NCBI GenBank assembly: GCA_963775425.1
Contig: CAVZJB010000003.1
Location: forward strand, 320,001-384,000
Source: an uncultured delta proteobacterium
Lineage (GTDB): Bacteria; Myxococcota; UBA727; VGSZ01
Direction: 5' to 3'
DNA length: 64,000 nt
The notes under the pieces were generated by a model, which worked only from the letters and a program-made list of their open reading frames with translations, searched no databases and was not told the origin of the DNA. The stretch's first letter is position 1. Each line of letters starts with the position of its first letter. Of this stretch, positions 30,824 to 46,289 are shown in pieces. The position numbers and the translations under genes were made by a program.

Positions 30824-33022
30824 GTGGAGGACGACGTCTTGGGCGCCGCGACCGACATGCGGTCGGCCGAGCCGGGGGATGAGCAACTCCCGCGCAAGTT
30901 CGACCGCTACAATCTCCTCAAGAAGCTCGCCACCGGCGGCATGGCCGAGATCTATCTGGCGAAGCAGTCGGGCCTCGAGGGCTTCGAGAAGGTCGTCGTC
31001 CTCAAGCGCATCCTGAGCCACCTCGCGCAGGACGAAGAGTTCGTCTCGATGTTCCTCGACGAGGCCCGCATCGCGGCCAAGCTGAGCCACCCGAACATCG
31101 TTCAGATCTACGACCTCGGGAAGGCCGACGGCACCTACTACATCGCGATGGAGTACGTGTCGGGCCGCAACGTCCAGCACATCATCGGCAAGCAGCAGGA
31201 CCGCGGCGAGCCCATCCCCGTCGAGCACGTGTGCCGCATCGTCGCCGGCGTCTGCGACGGGCTTCACTACGCGCACTCGCGCAAGGACTACGACGGCACG
31301 CCGCTCAACATCGTCCACCGCGACATCTCGCCGCAAAACGTCCTCGTCAGCTTCGCCGGCGGGGTGAAGGTCGTGGACTTCGGCATCGCCAAGGCGTCCA
31401 CGCAGCTCGCGCAGACGCGCGCCGGCGTGCTCAAGGGCAAGTACGCGTACATGTCGCCGGAGCAGGTGCGCGGCGCCAAGGTCGATCACCGCAGCGATCT
31501 GTTCGCCGTCGGCCTCGTCTTCTACGAGATGCTCACGGGCACGCGCGCCTTCGAGCGGGACAGCTCGCTCAAGACGCTCAAGGCCATCGTGCAGGAAAAG
31601 CCCCTCAACCCCCGGGAGCTCAATCCCGAGGTGCCCATGGAGGTGGTGAAGCTCCTGTCCAAGGCGCTCGAGAAGAACCCGGACCGCCGCTACAAGACCG
31701 CGCAGGAGATGCAGCTCGCCATCGAGGACTACCTCGAGACGTCGCCGAAGAAGTCCAACAACGTGCGGCTCAGCCGCTACATGTACGACCTCTTCGACGA
31801 CGAGCTGAACTCCGCCGACGGCACCATGGTGGTCAAGGGCATCGGCGAGGTGATCATCCCCGCCAGCCAGGGCGTGAAGCTCGTCCCGCGCGTCGAGGAG
31901 GAGGTCGATCACAAGACCCTCTCGGCGGCGCTGTTGCCCGCCAAGCGTGATCCCAACGAGAGCAAGGGGGCCACGCCGGCCAAGAAGGACGAGGCCGCCC
32001 GGCTCGTCCGCAGCGAGCAGCCCGGCCGCGACGGCTCGGGGGCCGCCGCGCGCCCGCCCGCACGCCCACCGCCCGCGGCGCCGCCGGAGCTCGACGACGA
32101 TGACGACGTCGACGGAAAGACCGTCCCCGCCTACGACATCGAGAGCTACGAGCGCGAGCGCGCCGCGCGCGCGGCGGCCAAGGGGCAGCCGCCGCCGGAG
32201 CACGAGGACGAGGAGCGCACCACGGCGGGCGAGCCGCCGCCGCTCAAGCCGAAGGGGCGCCCCGACGCGGGCGACGCGCGCGCCGCGGCGCTGCTCGCCA
32301 AGGTCGACGCGATGGCCGCCGGCGACGACATCGCCACCAAGACCAGCGCGCCGCTGTACGCGCCGTCGGGGGCGACGGAGGAGCGCTCCCTCGAGGCGCG
32401 CGACGGGCCCACGGACCAGCAGCGCGGCAACAGCAACCGAAGCCGGCGCGCGAGCGGGACGTCACCGGAGGTCGAGGCCCTGCAGCCGCGCGAGTCGATG
32501 ATCGTCGGCCCCAACGGCCGCATCGACGGCAGCGGCGGCATCCGGCCCGCGCTCCAGGGGCGGCCCTCGGACGGCCCCTCGGACGGCATCGTCGAAGAGA
32601 CCTCGGACACCCCGCGGCCCGGCAACCCGCCCGCCGAGCGCACGCCGCACGTCGAGCGCCGCCGCGCGCGCGCGCCCGCTCCGCAGGCGGCCAAGGTCCC
32701 GCCGCTGTTCTACGCGGCGCTCGCGGCCATCGTGGGGCTGTTCGTGCTCTCCCTCGTCGGCATCATCGTCATCTTCGTCGCGCTCAAGGGCGGCGACGTC
32801 GAGTACGGCGTCGCCGTCGTCAACACGACCCCGGACGGCGCCCACGTGTTCGTCGACGGACAGGACTTCGGCAAGTCGCCCACGCAGGTGTCGGTGCCCA
32901 AGGGCGAGAGCTTCTCCCTCCGCGTGTCGCTCGACGGCTACAAGGACTTTGAGAAGGCCGGCATCGACCTCGACGGCAAGGACCTCCTCGAGATGCCGAC
33001 CATCACGCTCGAGAAGAACTGA
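30824..33022 (+). CDS. Membrane Ser/Thr protein kinase with C-terminal PEGA domain
   Basis: LATGGMAEIY, HRDISPQN, DFG, YMSPEQ; TM helix; NTTPDGAHVFVDG. Confidence 0.93.
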   Translation: MEDDVLGAATDMRSAEPGDEQLPRKFDRYNLLKKLATGGMAEIYLAKQSGLEGFEKVVVLKRILSHLAQDEEFVSMFLDEARIAAKLSHPNIVQIYDLGKADGTYYIAMEYVSGRNVQHIIGKQQDRGEPIPVEHVCRIVAGVCDGLHYAHSRKDYDGTPLNIVHRDISPQNVLVSFAGGVKVVDFGIAKASTQLAQTRAGVLKGKYAYMSPEQVRGAKVDHRSDLFAVGLVFYEMLTGTRAFERDSSLKTLKAIVQEKPLNPRELNPEVPMEVVKLLSKALEKNPDRRYKTAQEMQLAIEDYLETSPKKSNNVRLSRYMYDLFDDELNSADGTMVVKGIGEVIIPASQGVKLVPRVEEEVDHKTLSAALLPAKRDPNESKGATPAKKDEAARLVRSEQPGRDGSGAAARPPARPPPAAPPELDDDDDVDGKTVPAYDIESYERERAARAAAKGQPPPEHEDEERTTAGEPPPLKPKGRPDAGDARAAALLAKVDAMAAGDDIATKTSAPLYAPSGATEERSLEARDGPTDQQRGNSNRSRRASGTSPEVEALQPRESMIVGPNGRIDGSGGIRPALQGRPSDGPSDGIVEETSDTPRPGNPPAERTPHVERRRARAPAPQAAKVPPLFYAALAAIVGLFVLSLVGIIVIFVALKGGDVEYGVAVVNTTPDGAHVFVDGQDFGKSPTQVSVPKGESFSLRVSLDGYKDFEKAGIDLDGKDLLEMPTITLEKN

Positions 33023-33575
33023 GCGGAGGGCGCTCCCTCCGTTCGGCGATCACCGCGTGCGTGTGCGGGCCGACGTCGAGGGCGTTGGCGTCGTCGACGT
33101 CGACCTCCAGCCAGCCCCCGTGCTCCCCGACGTGGACCGGCACGTCGCGCAGCTCGCGCTCGCGATCGCCGCGCACGATGACGCCGGTGTGGGCCCCGTC
33201 GATGAGGCCGGCCTCCTGCGCGTCGTGAGCGCCGAGGGCGAGCCGGCGCAGCCCGAGGTGGACGCCGCCCGCGAGCACCACGGTGCCGTGTGGGCCCTCC
33301 AGGGTGCAGCCGCTGTCGGCGCCGGCGGTGAGGCCGAGGACGCCGGCCTCCCGCGGCAGGAGGCGCACCTCCGTCTGCCGCACAAGCGGGCCCAACACGC
33401 GCACGTGCCGCAACGTGCCCGCGGGGCCGCGCACGTCGACGACGGAGGCCGAGGCGAACGTCCCCGTCGGCGGGAGGGCGCACACGTCGACCAGCGTCGC
33501 GCCGGCGCCGAACAACAGCTCGAGGTGCGCCGCGCTCAAGCGCACGTGTCGCACGGTGACGACGACGGGCATCAT
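33003..33575 (-). CDS. PduL-like phosphate acyltransferase homologue (degenerate)
   Basis: RHVRLS..LELLFG, GP.GTLRHVRVLGP.VRQTEV, LEGPHG, DVDDANA. Confidence 0.7.
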   Translation of the reverse strand: MMPVVVTVRHVRLSAAHLELLFGAGATLVDVCALPPTGTFASASVVDVRGPAGTLRHVRVLGPLVRQTEVRLLPREAGVLGLTAGADSGCTLEGPHGTVVLAGGVHLGLRRLALGAHDAQEAGLIDGAHTGVIVRGDRERELRDVPVHVGEHGGWLEVDVDDANALDVGPHTHAVIAERRERPPLSSSRA

Positions 33576-33600
33576 GTGTCGACCCCAGGGACGCGGAGGT

Positions 33601-34626
33601 TCATGACGGGATGAACGAGGCCTGCCGCGAGCGGTCGAACGACGCGGCGAGCTCTTCGGGCGTGACGATGTTGGCGTCGAGGAGCATCACGCACTCCTTG
33701 GCGAGCGACGTGTCGAGGAGGTAGGGGCCGTCGGTGTTGAACGTGAACGGGATCTTGCGCTCGCGGAACTTGTTGACGACGAAGCCGAACTCCTGGAGGT
33801 CCTTCACCGCGCCGGTGGCGAGGTTGGACGACGGGCACAGCTCGAGGACGGCGCCGCTGTCGGCGAGGACGTCGAGCGCCTCCTCGTTGTAGGCGGCGCG
33901 GATGCCGTGGCCGATGCGATGGGGCTTGAGGTAGCGCAGCGTGGCGATGACGCCCTCGCCGGACGTGTACGAGGTCTCCCCGGTGTGCACCGTGGTCTTG
34001 AGGCCGGCCGCCCGCGCTCGCGTGAAGAGCTTCTCGTAGCGCTGCGCGTCGCGGTGGCGCAGCTCGAGGTTGTTGCTCTCGGGGCCGGCGAGGTCGATGC
34101 CGAGGACGCCGCGCGCCTGATACTTGATGGCCTTGTCGAGGATGATCTCGTTGAGCTCGTAGCTGAACTCGCGCGCGAGGCAGAAGATCAGGCAGGCCTT
34201 TACGCCGTACTCGAGCACGGCGAGGTCCATGCCGCGCAGGCAGGCGTGGATGATGTGATCGAGATCGCGCTCCCCGTGGAGGTTGCGCTTCATGGGGTTG
34301 AAGCGGAGCTCGATGTGGTCGACGCGGCTGCCACGGTACTCCTTGCCGATGATCTCGTAGACCGCGCGCTCCATGGCCATGGGCGAGCTCTGGATCTTCT
34401 CGGTCCACTCGTGCATCACCTTCAAATACTCGTCGAGTGACGACGTCGTCCCCGGCCGGATGGTGATGAGGTCGACGAACTCCCAGTAGCTCTTGGTGGG
34501 GAGCTTGAACCCCTGCTGCATCGCGATGCTGTAGAGGATGTGCGGTGCAACCGCACCACCGACGTGGATGTGGAGGTCGACGAGGCTGTCCGGGAGCCGG
34601 GGATCGAGGCCGTCGCGAGTGCCCAT
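33601..34626 (-). CDS. add: Adenosine/adenine deaminase
   Basis: DLHIHVGG, HTGE, RIGHG, ELCPSSN, NTDGP. Confidence 0.88.
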   Translation of the reverse strand: MGTRDGLDPRLPDSLVDLHIHVGGAVAPHILYSIAMQQGFKLPTKSYWEFVDLITIRPGTTSSLDEYLKVMHEWTEKIQSSPMAMERAVYEIIGKEYRGSRVDHIELRFNPMKRNLHGERDLDHIIHACLRGMDLAVLEYGVKACLIFCLAREFSYELNEIILDKAIKYQARGVLGIDLAGPESNNLELRHRDAQRYEKLFTRARAAGLKTTVHTGETSYTSGEGVIATLRYLKPHRIGHGIRAAYNEEALDVLADSGAVLELCPSSNLATGAVKDLQEFGFVVNKFRERKIPFTFNTDGPYLLDTSLAKECVMLLDANIVTPEELAASFDRSRQASFIPS

Positions 34627-34655
34627 GGTGGCGGAGAGTAGCTACAATGTGGCTC

Positions 34656-35987
34656 ATGGGCGAGCCACGGCGTCGCGATACCCGGCCACGGCCGCGCATC
34701 GGAGTGCGCTCGCCGCCGCCGGGCACAGCCCGCTACGGCGGCTTCGCGGTGGGACTGCTGGTCGCGATCGCCGTGCACGCGATCTTCCTCACGTTCCTCG
34801 GGGCCTTCATCGGCGGCGGCGGCGGGCAAAAGCACAAGCACGGGGTGCAGCTCGTCCGGCTGTCCCGATCGGACTGGGACAAGAACCGCCGCATCGAGCT
34901 GAAGATCAAAGACGCCCGCCCAGCCGGCGACAAGGACAAGAAGAAGGACAAGAAGGACGACGACGTCACGCCGCCCGGCAAGGTGGTGTCGCTGCCGCCG
35001 CCCGACAAGGAGGAGCGCCCCGACACCGCCGACTTCGCGTCGGAGTGGAACCAGAAGGTGGCGCACGAGACGCGCTCGCGCGACCAGATGCAGGACGCGC
35101 CGGCCATCACCCGGCGCCTGGAGCGGGGCGCGCTCGGCGCGAGCGAGCTGCCGCGCAGCAAGGCGGACACCACGTCGTCGGCGCCGACGGAGAGCGAGGC
35201 GTCCGGGCCGAAGGGCGCGGGGCGCGCGCTGACCGGCGACTCCGGCACCGACGCCACCGACGGCCGCGGCGTGCGCATGTTCGCCCTCGAGATTCCCAAG
35301 CAGGCCGCGCGCGAGCCGCTTCAGCTCAAGATGGACATCGGGGGCGTCCTGAAGAACCGCTCCGCGATCCCCGAGGTGCCGGGCAACGGCGACACCGCGC
35401 GTCTGGCCATGGGCAACCGCCCCGCCGACGAGGCCCACCGCACGGGCTCGGGTAGCGTGGGTGACGAGGCGGGGCAGGGGCTCCAGGGCGGCGGCAACGG
35501 CACCCACGGGCTGCCGAGCCTCGCGGACCTCACGCCGTCCACCACGCACCTCGCGCGCCTCGCGGGCGCCCCCGCCAACGACTGGCTCCCCGAGGTGGAG
35601 GTCGACGCCGAGACGCGCTTGAACGCGTGGCGCTGGAAGCACGCCACGTTCTTCAACCGCGTCGCGGACAAGATCCGCCGCGAGTGGCAGGGCGGCCAGG
35701 TCCTGTCCAAGAACGATCCCGCGGGCTCCGTCTACGGCTTCGAGGACCGCATGACGGTGGTGCAGGTGACGCTCGATCGCGACGGCAAGGTCCTCGACAT
35801 CAACGTCGAGGAGCCGTCGGGCGCGGTGGTCCTCGACGACGAAGCCGTGCGCGCGTTCAAGGACGCGGGACCATTTCAGAACCCGCCGTCACAGTTGTTT
35901 GAGGGCAACGACCGCTTCACGTTCCTGTTCGGCTTCAACGTTTCGTACAACCGAACCAATTTCGACCTCGACTGGCGCCCGAACTAG
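34656..35987 (+). CDS. TonB C-terminal domain protein (energy transducer)
   Basis: N-terminal TM anchor with His (AIAVHAIF), charged linker, TonB_C (PSG..VLDDEAVRAF..AGPF.NPP). Confidence 0.8.
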   Translation: MGEPRRRDTRPRPRIGVRSPPPGTARYGGFAVGLLVAIAVHAIFLTFLGAFIGGGGGQKHKHGVQLVRLSRSDWDKNRRIELKIKDARPAGDKDKKKDKKDDDVTPPGKVVSLPPPDKEERPDTADFASEWNQKVAHETRSRDQMQDAPAITRRLERGALGASELPRSKADTTSSAPTESEASGPKGAGRALTGDSGTDATDGRGVRMFALEIPKQAAREPLQLKMDIGGVLKNRSAIPEVPGNGDTARLAMGNRPADEAHRTGSGSVGDEAGQGLQGGGNGTHGLPSLADLTPSTTHLARLAGAPANDWLPEVEVDAETRLNAWRWKHATFFNRVADKIRREWQGGQVLSKNDPAGSVYGFEDRMTVVQVTLDRDGKVLDINVEEPSGAVVLDDEAVRAFKDAGPFQNPPSQLFEGNDRFTFLFGFNVSYNRTNFDLDWRPN

Positions 35988-37378
35988 AGCGTCCCGCTCA
36001 AGTGGACGTGGCCGTAGTCGCGCACCTGCCCGGCGAGCGCGATGTCTTCGCTCCAGGCGCCGATGCCGGCCTGGCCCGAGGCCTCGATGTCGAACGCGCC
36101 GGTCTCGCCCGGGCCGATGGTGAACGGCGCGATCTCCGGATAGGTGACGTCCACGCGGGCGTCGTCGGCGACCGTGTTCACGAACGCGATGGCGACGGGC
36201 ACGTTGCTCGGGTTGTGCAGGAGCAGCGTGCGCGGGCGCGGGTCGTCGGCGCTGAACGTCGTGCACCGGGCGAGCTGCACGGCGCCGGGCGTGCAGTCTC
36301 CGTTGAGGACCACCTCGAGCGCGGGATCGTCGTAGTCGGCGCTGACGTCGAGGGGGGTCGGTGGGTTGATGGGCGCCACGACGGTGAGCTGCCCCTGCTG
36401 GTGGCTCACGGTGGCGAAGGGGCCGGCCCCGATGGTGATGGCCACCGTCTCACGCGCAGCGAGGTCCGTGCCCCCTTTTCCTTCGGGGAAGCCGAACCCC
36501 CTCGCCGGCGGCAGGGTCTCGTCGGCCACGGTGTACGTGACGTCGCTGAGGTTGCGCAGCGCGACGGTGCAGGTGGCGCCCTCGACCCGGTCAACGCCGC
36601 CGAACGACGCGCACCCGTCGTCGGACACGAGCACCATCGCCGGATCGGCGGTGAGCGCGTCGGCGCGGAGGGTGATGTCTCGCGTGCGCGCCCCCGACAC
36701 CACGATGCGGTCCTGGCCGCCGCCGCCGTTGCTGGGCATGGTGGCCCGCGCGGAGAAGCTGAGGGCCCCGCCGGGCGCGACGGTGGTCGGCACGGCGTCG
36801 GGGGAGACGACGGAGAACCCGCCGCCGGGGACGCGGATCTGAACGACATCGATGTCGAGGGAGGTGAAGTTGTTGAGGGTGAAGTCGCACGTGGCGCTGT
36901 TGGTGCCCGCGCCCTTCGGGGTGAACACCACCATCGAGGTGACCTTCTGGCAGACGCTGGTGGTGCTGACGACGAGGGTGAGGTCGTTGGGATCCCCGTG
37001 CAGGTGCACGCCCCGCGCAGGGAGACCGCCCTCTCCCTCTCCTTCGCCCTCTCCCTCTCCTTCTCCTTCGCCCTCTCCTTCGCCCTCGCCCTCGCCCTCG
37101 CCCTCTCCTTCGCCCTCTCCTTCGCCCTCGCCTTCGCCTTCGCCCTCTCCTTCGCCTTCGCCTTCGCCTTCGCCTTCGCCTTCGCCTTCTCCCTCTCCTT
37201 CGCCCTCGCCCTCGCCTTCGCCGCCGCGGGCGGGGCGGCAGATGCCGTCCGCCTCGCAGCGATCGGTGGCGGCGCAGTCGCTGTCGACGGCGCAGGGCTC
37301 GTCGGCGATGCCGAGGATGCGGCACCCGGCGGCAGCGAGGACGACGGCGAGAGCGAGCGAGAGGGACACCACGCGCAT
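35984..37378 (-). CDS. Lipoprotein with Cys-rich module, (Glu-Gly)n linker and Ig-like (ASH/choice-of-anchor-D-like) domains
   Basis: Lipobox AAGC; C..DSDC...C....C; about 31-32 EG repeats; beta-rich repeated domains. Confidence 0.7.
   Translation of the reverse strand: MRVVSLSLALAVVLAAAGCRILGIADEPCAVDSDCAATDRCEADGICRPARGGEGEGEGEGEGEGEGEGEGEGEGEGEGEGEGEGEGEGEGEGEGEGEGEGEGEGEGEGEGEGEGEGGLPARGVHLHGDPNDLTLVVSTTSVCQKVTSMVVFTPKGAGTNSATCDFTLNNFTSLDIDVVQIRVPGGGFSVVSPDAVPTTVAPGGALSFSARATMPSNGGGGQDRIVVSGARTRDITLRADALTADPAMVLVSDDGCASFGGVDRVEGATCTVALRNLSDVTYTVADETLPPARGFGFPEGKGGTDLAARETVAITIGAGPFATVSHQQGQLTVVAPINPPTPLDVSADYDDPALEVVLNGDCTPGAVQLARCTTFSADDPRPRTLLLHNPSNVPVAIAFVNTVADDARVDVTYPEIAPFTIGPGETGAFDIEASGQAGIGAWSEDIALAGQVRDYGHVHLSGTL
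37031..37222 (-). repeat. 6-bp coding repeat encoding (EG) about 31-32 times
   Basis: Mixed CCCTCT/CCTTCG/CCCTCG units on the + strand. Confidence 0.95.
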
Positions 37379-37380
37379 GG

Positions 37381-38391
37381 TCAGCCTCCGAGGTCCAGGG
37401 CGAGCACCGTGCCGCCCACGGCGAGGCCGAGGACACCGACGGCCGCGCCGCCGAGGAGCGCCATGCCGACGTTGCGCAGCGGCGTGTCGTCGCCGGGTGT
37501 GGGGTGCTCGAGCTGCACCTCGACGGCGCCGGCGGCGATGCCGCACGCGGCGGCGAGGATCCCGCCGACCGCCGCGGTGCCGATGCCGGCGTAGAGCACG
37601 ACGGGGCTGTGCGCCGTCGTCGGCGTCGTCGTCGCCGGCGCCGTCGCTGGCGTCGTCGTCGTCGTCGGCGGCGTCGTCGTCGGCGTCGCCGCGGCAGGGT
37701 GGTTTTCGGCGACGCGGGGGAGCTCTGGCGGCCTCATCGCGATGGCGACGGCGCTGCGGGCGTGGGGCTCGGCGTCGATGGAGGTCTCGCTCGCCGCGTA
37801 TCCCGCGAGGGACGCGCTGACGGTGTGGGTGCCGGAGTCGACCGCCATCGGGCCGCGGAGCGGCGCGGCGCCGGCGGTGACGCCGTCGACGGCGACGGTG
37901 GCGCCGGCGATGTCGACGCGGATGGTGAGGAGCGCGGGTGGCGCGAGGACGCGATCGACGAGCGCGCGCACGGAGCGTCCGCCGTCGCCCTGGGGCGTCT
38001 CGACGCGAGCCACGCCGTAGGCGGCGACCTTCTTGGCGGCGACGTCGACGTCGGTGAGCGTCAACAGCAGCGCGCCGCCGGCCGACTCGGTGGACGCGAC
38101 GATGACGCGCTCGGCGCCGGCGATGGCGCCGATGCGCGCGGCGCAGCCGACGTCGGCGAGGTTGCATTGCAGGCCGCCCGCGGCGGCGTCGTTGATGACC
38201 GCTCGCGTGGCCTCGCGCGGCTGCGCCGTGACCCCGCGGGCGGCGACGGCGGCGCGGACGCCGTCCTCGAGGTCGTTGGCGATGGGCAGCAGCAGGCCGG
38301 GGCCCGTGACCGGCAGCACCACCGTCGACGCCGCGGACGGCCCTGCGAGCGCAAGGGCGGCGAGGACCGGAAGACAGATCGATGCATGCAT
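37381..38391 (-). CDS. PEGA domain protein
   Basis: Signal peptide; GATVAVDG..G.APL...GTHTV; Thr/Pro linker; C-terminal hydrophobic segments. Confidence 0.75.
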   Translation of the reverse strand: MHASICLPVLAALALAGPSAASTVVLPVTGPGLLLPIANDLEDGVRAAVAARGVTAQPREATRAVINDAAAGGLQCNLADVGCAARIGAIAGAERVIVASTESAGGALLLTLTDVDVAAKKVAAYGVARVETPQGDGGRSVRALVDRVLAPPALLTIRVDIAGATVAVDGVTAGAAPLRGPMAVDSGTHTVSASLAGYAASETSIDAEPHARSAVAIAMRPPELPRVAENHPAAATPTTTPPTTTTTPATAPATTTPTTAHSPVVLYAGIGTAAVGGILAAACGIAAGAVEVQLEHPTPGDDTPLRNVGMALLGGAAVGVLGLAVGGTVLALDLGG

Positions 38392-38433
38392 TCGCCGACG
38401 GTGGAGACCGGATCATATAGTGCCACAAAGCCG

Positions 38434-43098
<4,665 letters not shown>

Positions 43099-43105
43099 GT
43101 CTGAC

Positions 43106-43498
43106 TCACTTGGCGATGGTGGAGAGGTGCTTTTCGTAGCCGGCCGCGTCGAGCAGCGTATCGACGTCGGCGGCGTTGTGCGGCTTGACCTTGATCATCC
43201 ACGCCGCCCCGTAGGGATCCTTGTTCACCTGCTCGGGGGCGGCCACGAGCGCCGCGTTCACTTCGACGACGTCGGCGTCGAGCGGCGCGTAGAGATCGCT
43301 GACGGCCTTGACGCTCTCGACGACGCCGAAGGCCTTGCCCTTGGTGAGCTTCTTGCCGGCGTCGGGGAGCTCGACGAACACCACGTCGCCCAGCGCGGCC
43401 TGCGCGTGGTCGGTGACCCCGATGACGACGAGGTCGCCGTCCTTCTTGGCCCACTCGTGCTCCTCGGTGTAGCGGAGGTCCGCGGGAACGTTGCTCAT
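43106..43498 (-). CDS. gcvH: Glycine cleavage H protein
   Basis: [16 protein letters not shown] lipoyl motif. Confidence 0.97.
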   Translation of the reverse strand: MSNVPADLRYTEEHEWAKKDGDLVVIGVTDHAQAALGDVVFVELPDAGKKLTKGKAFGVVESVKAVSDLYAPLDADVVEVNAALVAAPEQVNKDPYGAAWMIKVKPHNAADVDTLLDAAGYEKHLSTIAK

Positions 43499-43510
43499 CG
43501 AATCACTCCT

Positions 43511-44689
43511 TCACGGCTTCGGCGCGCCGACGGGCGGCTTGGTCCCGGCGGCGGCGCGCTTGTAGAACGGCAGCTTCACGACGCGAGCGGCGAGCTTCCG
43601 GCCGCGCACGTCGACGAAGACGGTGCCGCCGGGCTCGGTGTGCGGCTTGTCGATGTAGGCCATCGCCACCGCCTTCTGCAGAAACGGCGCCTGCGTCCCC
43701 GACGTCACCACGCCGATCGGCGCGGCGTCGGCGCCGTCGCCGGCGGTGACGGGGTAGCCGTGGCGCGCGATGCCCCGATCGATCATCTCGATCCCGCGCA
43801 GCAGGCGCCTGGTGCCGGCCGCGCGTTGGGCGTCGAGGGCCTCCTTGCCGATGAAGGCCTTGCCCTTGACGATGAAGCCGAGGTTGGCCTCGAGCGGCGT
43901 GTGCGCGTCGTCGATGTCGTTGCCGTAGAGGCACATGCCGGCCTCGAGGCGGAGGGTGTCCCGGCAGGCGAGGCCGCACGGGGCGACGCCGAAGTCCTTG
44001 CCCGCGGCGAGCACGGCGTCCCACACCATGGGCGCGTTGTTCGCCTCGACGTAGAGCTCGAAGCCGTCCTCGCCGGTGTAGCCCGTGCGGGCGACGAGGG
44101 CGTTTTGGACGACGCCCTGGTTGGTGCGCACGGAGCCGGTGGTGAAGTGGTAGCCGCCGACGGCGCGGACGTCGTCGCCGCAGAGGCGGGCGACGACGTC
44201 GACGGCCTTGGGCCCCTGGACCGCGAGCTGCGCCCAGCCCTCGCCCTCGTCGCGCGCCGTGACGCCGCCCTCGCCGGCGAGGCCGCCGAATTCGGCGCGG
44301 AGCACGCCCTCGACGTGCGCCCAGTCCTTGGCTCGGTTGCCGGCGTTGACCACGACGAGGTAGCGGCGCTCGTTGAAGCGGTAGACGACCACGTCGTCGA
44401 CGAAGGTGCCGTTCGGGTGGAGCATGCCCGCGTACATGGCCTGGCCGTCGGCGATGGCGCGCGGGTCGTTGGTGAAGAGGCGGGCGACGGCGTCGAGCGC
44501 CTTGTCGCCCTCGATGAAGATCTCGCCCATGTGGCTGACGTCGAACACGCCGACGGCGTTGCGCACGGCGAGGTGCTCGGCGCTCTCGGACGTGTACTTG
44601 AGCGGCATCTCGAAGCCGCCGAAGTCGACCATCTTGGCGCCGGCCTCGACGTGCTTTTGGTACAGCGGGGTGCGCTTGAGCGTGCTCAT
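43511..44689 (-). CDS. gcvT: Glycine cleavage aminomethyltransferase T
   Basis: [34 protein letters not shown]. Confidence 0.97.
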   Translation of the reverse strand: MSTLKRTPLYQKHVEAGAKMVDFGGFEMPLKYTSESAEHLAVRNAVGVFDVSHMGEIFIEGDKALDAVARLFTNDPRAIADGQAMYAGMLHPNGTFVDDVVVYRFNERRYLVVVNAGNRAKDWAHVEGVLRAEFGGLAGEGGVTARDEGEGWAQLAVQGPKAVDVVARLCGDDVRAVGGYHFTTGSVRTNQGVVQNALVARTGYTGEDGFELYVEANNAPMVWDAVLAAGKDFGVAPCGLACRDTLRLEAGMCLYGNDIDDAHTPLEANLGFIVKGKAFIGKEALDAQRAAGTRRLLRGIEMIDRGIARHGYPVTAGDGADAAPIGVVTSGTQAPFLQKAVAMAYIDKPHTEPGGTVFVDVRGRKLAARVVKLPFYKRAAAGTKPPVGAPKP

Positions 44690-45537
44690 GTCCGCCTCGC
44701 GTGCGACGTCAGCGTGTTCTGCATGAGCATGGCGATGGTCATCGGGCCCACGCCGCCGGGGACGGGCGTGATGAAGCCGGCCACCTCGGACACCGCGGGA
44801 AAGTCGACGTCGCCGCAGAGCTTGCCGGCGTCGTTGCGGTTCATGCCCACGTCGATGACGACGGCGCCGGGCTTGACGTGCTCGCGCCCGACGACGTTCC
44901 TGCGGCCGACGGCGGCGACGATGACGTCGGCGTCCCGGGTGACGGCCGCGAGGTCCTTGGTCTTGCTGTGGGCCACGGTGACGGTGGCGTCGCGCTGCAG
45001 GAGCAGTTGCAGCATGGGCTTGCCCACGATGTTGCTGCGGCCGATGACGACGGCGCGCGCGCCTCTGAGCTCGACGCCGTGCTCGTCGAGGAGCCGCATG
45101 CAGCCGAGGGGCGTGCAAGGCACGAAGCCGGGGATGCCGAGGGCGAGGCGGGCGACGTTGTCCGGGTGGAAGCCGTCGACGTCCTTGTCGGGGTCGATGG
45201 CGCGCAGGACGAGCGTGGCGTCGATGTGCTTGGGGAGCGGGAGCTGCACCAGGATGCCGTCGACGGTGGGGTCGGCGTTCAGCGACGCCACCAGGGCGAG
45301 CAGCTCCTTGTCGGAGGTCGACGCGGGCAGCTCGTGGTGCAGGCTCACGATGCCGGTCTCGGCGGCGGCCTTGCGCTTGTTCTTGACGTAGGTGTGGCTG
45401 GCGGGGTCTTCGCCGACGAGGACGGTGGCGAGGCCGGGGGCCCGCTTGCCGGCGGCCACGCGGCGTGCGACCTCGTCCTTCACCTCGCCGCGCACCTTCG
45501 CGGAGATCGCTTTGCCGTCGATGATGGTGGCGCTCAT
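44686..45537 (-). CDS. folD: Methylenetetrahydrofolate dehydrogenase/cyclohydrolase
   Basis: [37 protein letters not shown]. Confidence 0.97.
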   Translation of the reverse strand: MSATIIDGKAISAKVRGEVKDEVARRVAAGKRAPGLATVLVGEDPASHTYVKNKRKAAAETGIVSLHHELPASTSDKELLALVASLNADPTVDGILVQLPLPKHIDATLVLRAIDPDKDVDGFHPDNVARLALGIPGFVPCTPLGCMRLLDEHGVELRGARAVVIGRSNIVGKPMLQLLLQRDATVTVAHSKTKDLAAVTRDADVIVAAVGRRNVVGREHVKPGAVVIDVGMNRNDAGKLCGDVDFPAVSEVAGFITPVPGGVGPMTIAMLMQNTLTSHARRT

Positions 45538-45631
45538 GGCGCCGTCGATGACGCGTGGACGGCACGAACGCAAGGGGCGACGGGGCGCTTGATGCGCCGG
45601 CCTCGCTGAGCGGCGGCGGAGCGGAGGCTAC

Positions 45632-46288
45632 GTGGACGTCCTCGAGGCGATGCGCAAGCGGAACAGCACCCGGGAGTTCAAGCCGGACCCCGTCGACGAG
45701 GCGACGCTGCGCGCCATCCTCGACGCGGCGCGTGAGGCGCCGTCGTGGTCGAACACGCAGCCCTATCTGGTGGCCATGGCGGGCGGCGCGCGCTGCGACG
45801 CCCTGCGCGCCGACATGCTCGCGGCCTACGACACCGCGGTGCCCGACGGCGACTACCCGCTCCTCGTCGAGTACCCGTCGCCGCTCAGGGAGCGCCGCCA
45901 CGCCACCGGTTACGGCCTGTACGCGGCGCTCGGCATCGCCCGCGAGGACAGGGCGGCCCGGGCGGAGCAGTTCAGGAAGAACTTCTCCTTCTTCGGCGCG
46001 CCCGCGGTGATGTTCCTGTTCGCACACGACGCGCTCGGCGTGTACTCGGTGCTCGACGCCGGGCTGTTCCTCGAGGCGCTCTTGCTCGCGGCCACCGCCG
46101 TCGGCGTGAGCACGTGCGCGCAGGCCGCGCTGGCCGGGTTCCCCGACGTCGTGCGCCGCCACTTCCGGGTGCCCGAGCGGTACAAGCTCCTGTGCGGCGT
46201 GTCCCTCGGCTACGCCGTCGAGGGCCGCGTCAACGCCTATCGGCCCGAGCGCCTGTCCGTCGACGAGCTCTTGATCGAGCCGAAGTGA
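45632..46288 (+). CDS. Nitroreductase family protein
   Basis: RNSTREF, APSWSNTQP, FFGAP. Confidence 0.88.
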   Translation: MDVLEAMRKRNSTREFKPDPVDEATLRAILDAAREAPSWSNTQPYLVAMAGGARCDALRADMLAAYDTAVPDGDYPLLVEYPSPLRERRHATGYGLYAALGIAREDRAARAEQFRKNFSFFGAPAVMFLFAHDALGVYSVLDAGLFLEALLLAATAVGVSTCAQAALAGFPDVVRRHFRVPERYKLLCGVSLGYAVEGRVNAYRPERLSVDELLIEPK

Positions 46289-46289
46289 G

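Noticed and set aside
45632-46288. Nitroreductase as a RiPP azoline dehydrogenase of the ATP-grasp operon
   Set aside because: It is on the opposite strand, there is no YcaO, and it resembles ordinary stand-alone nitroreductases.
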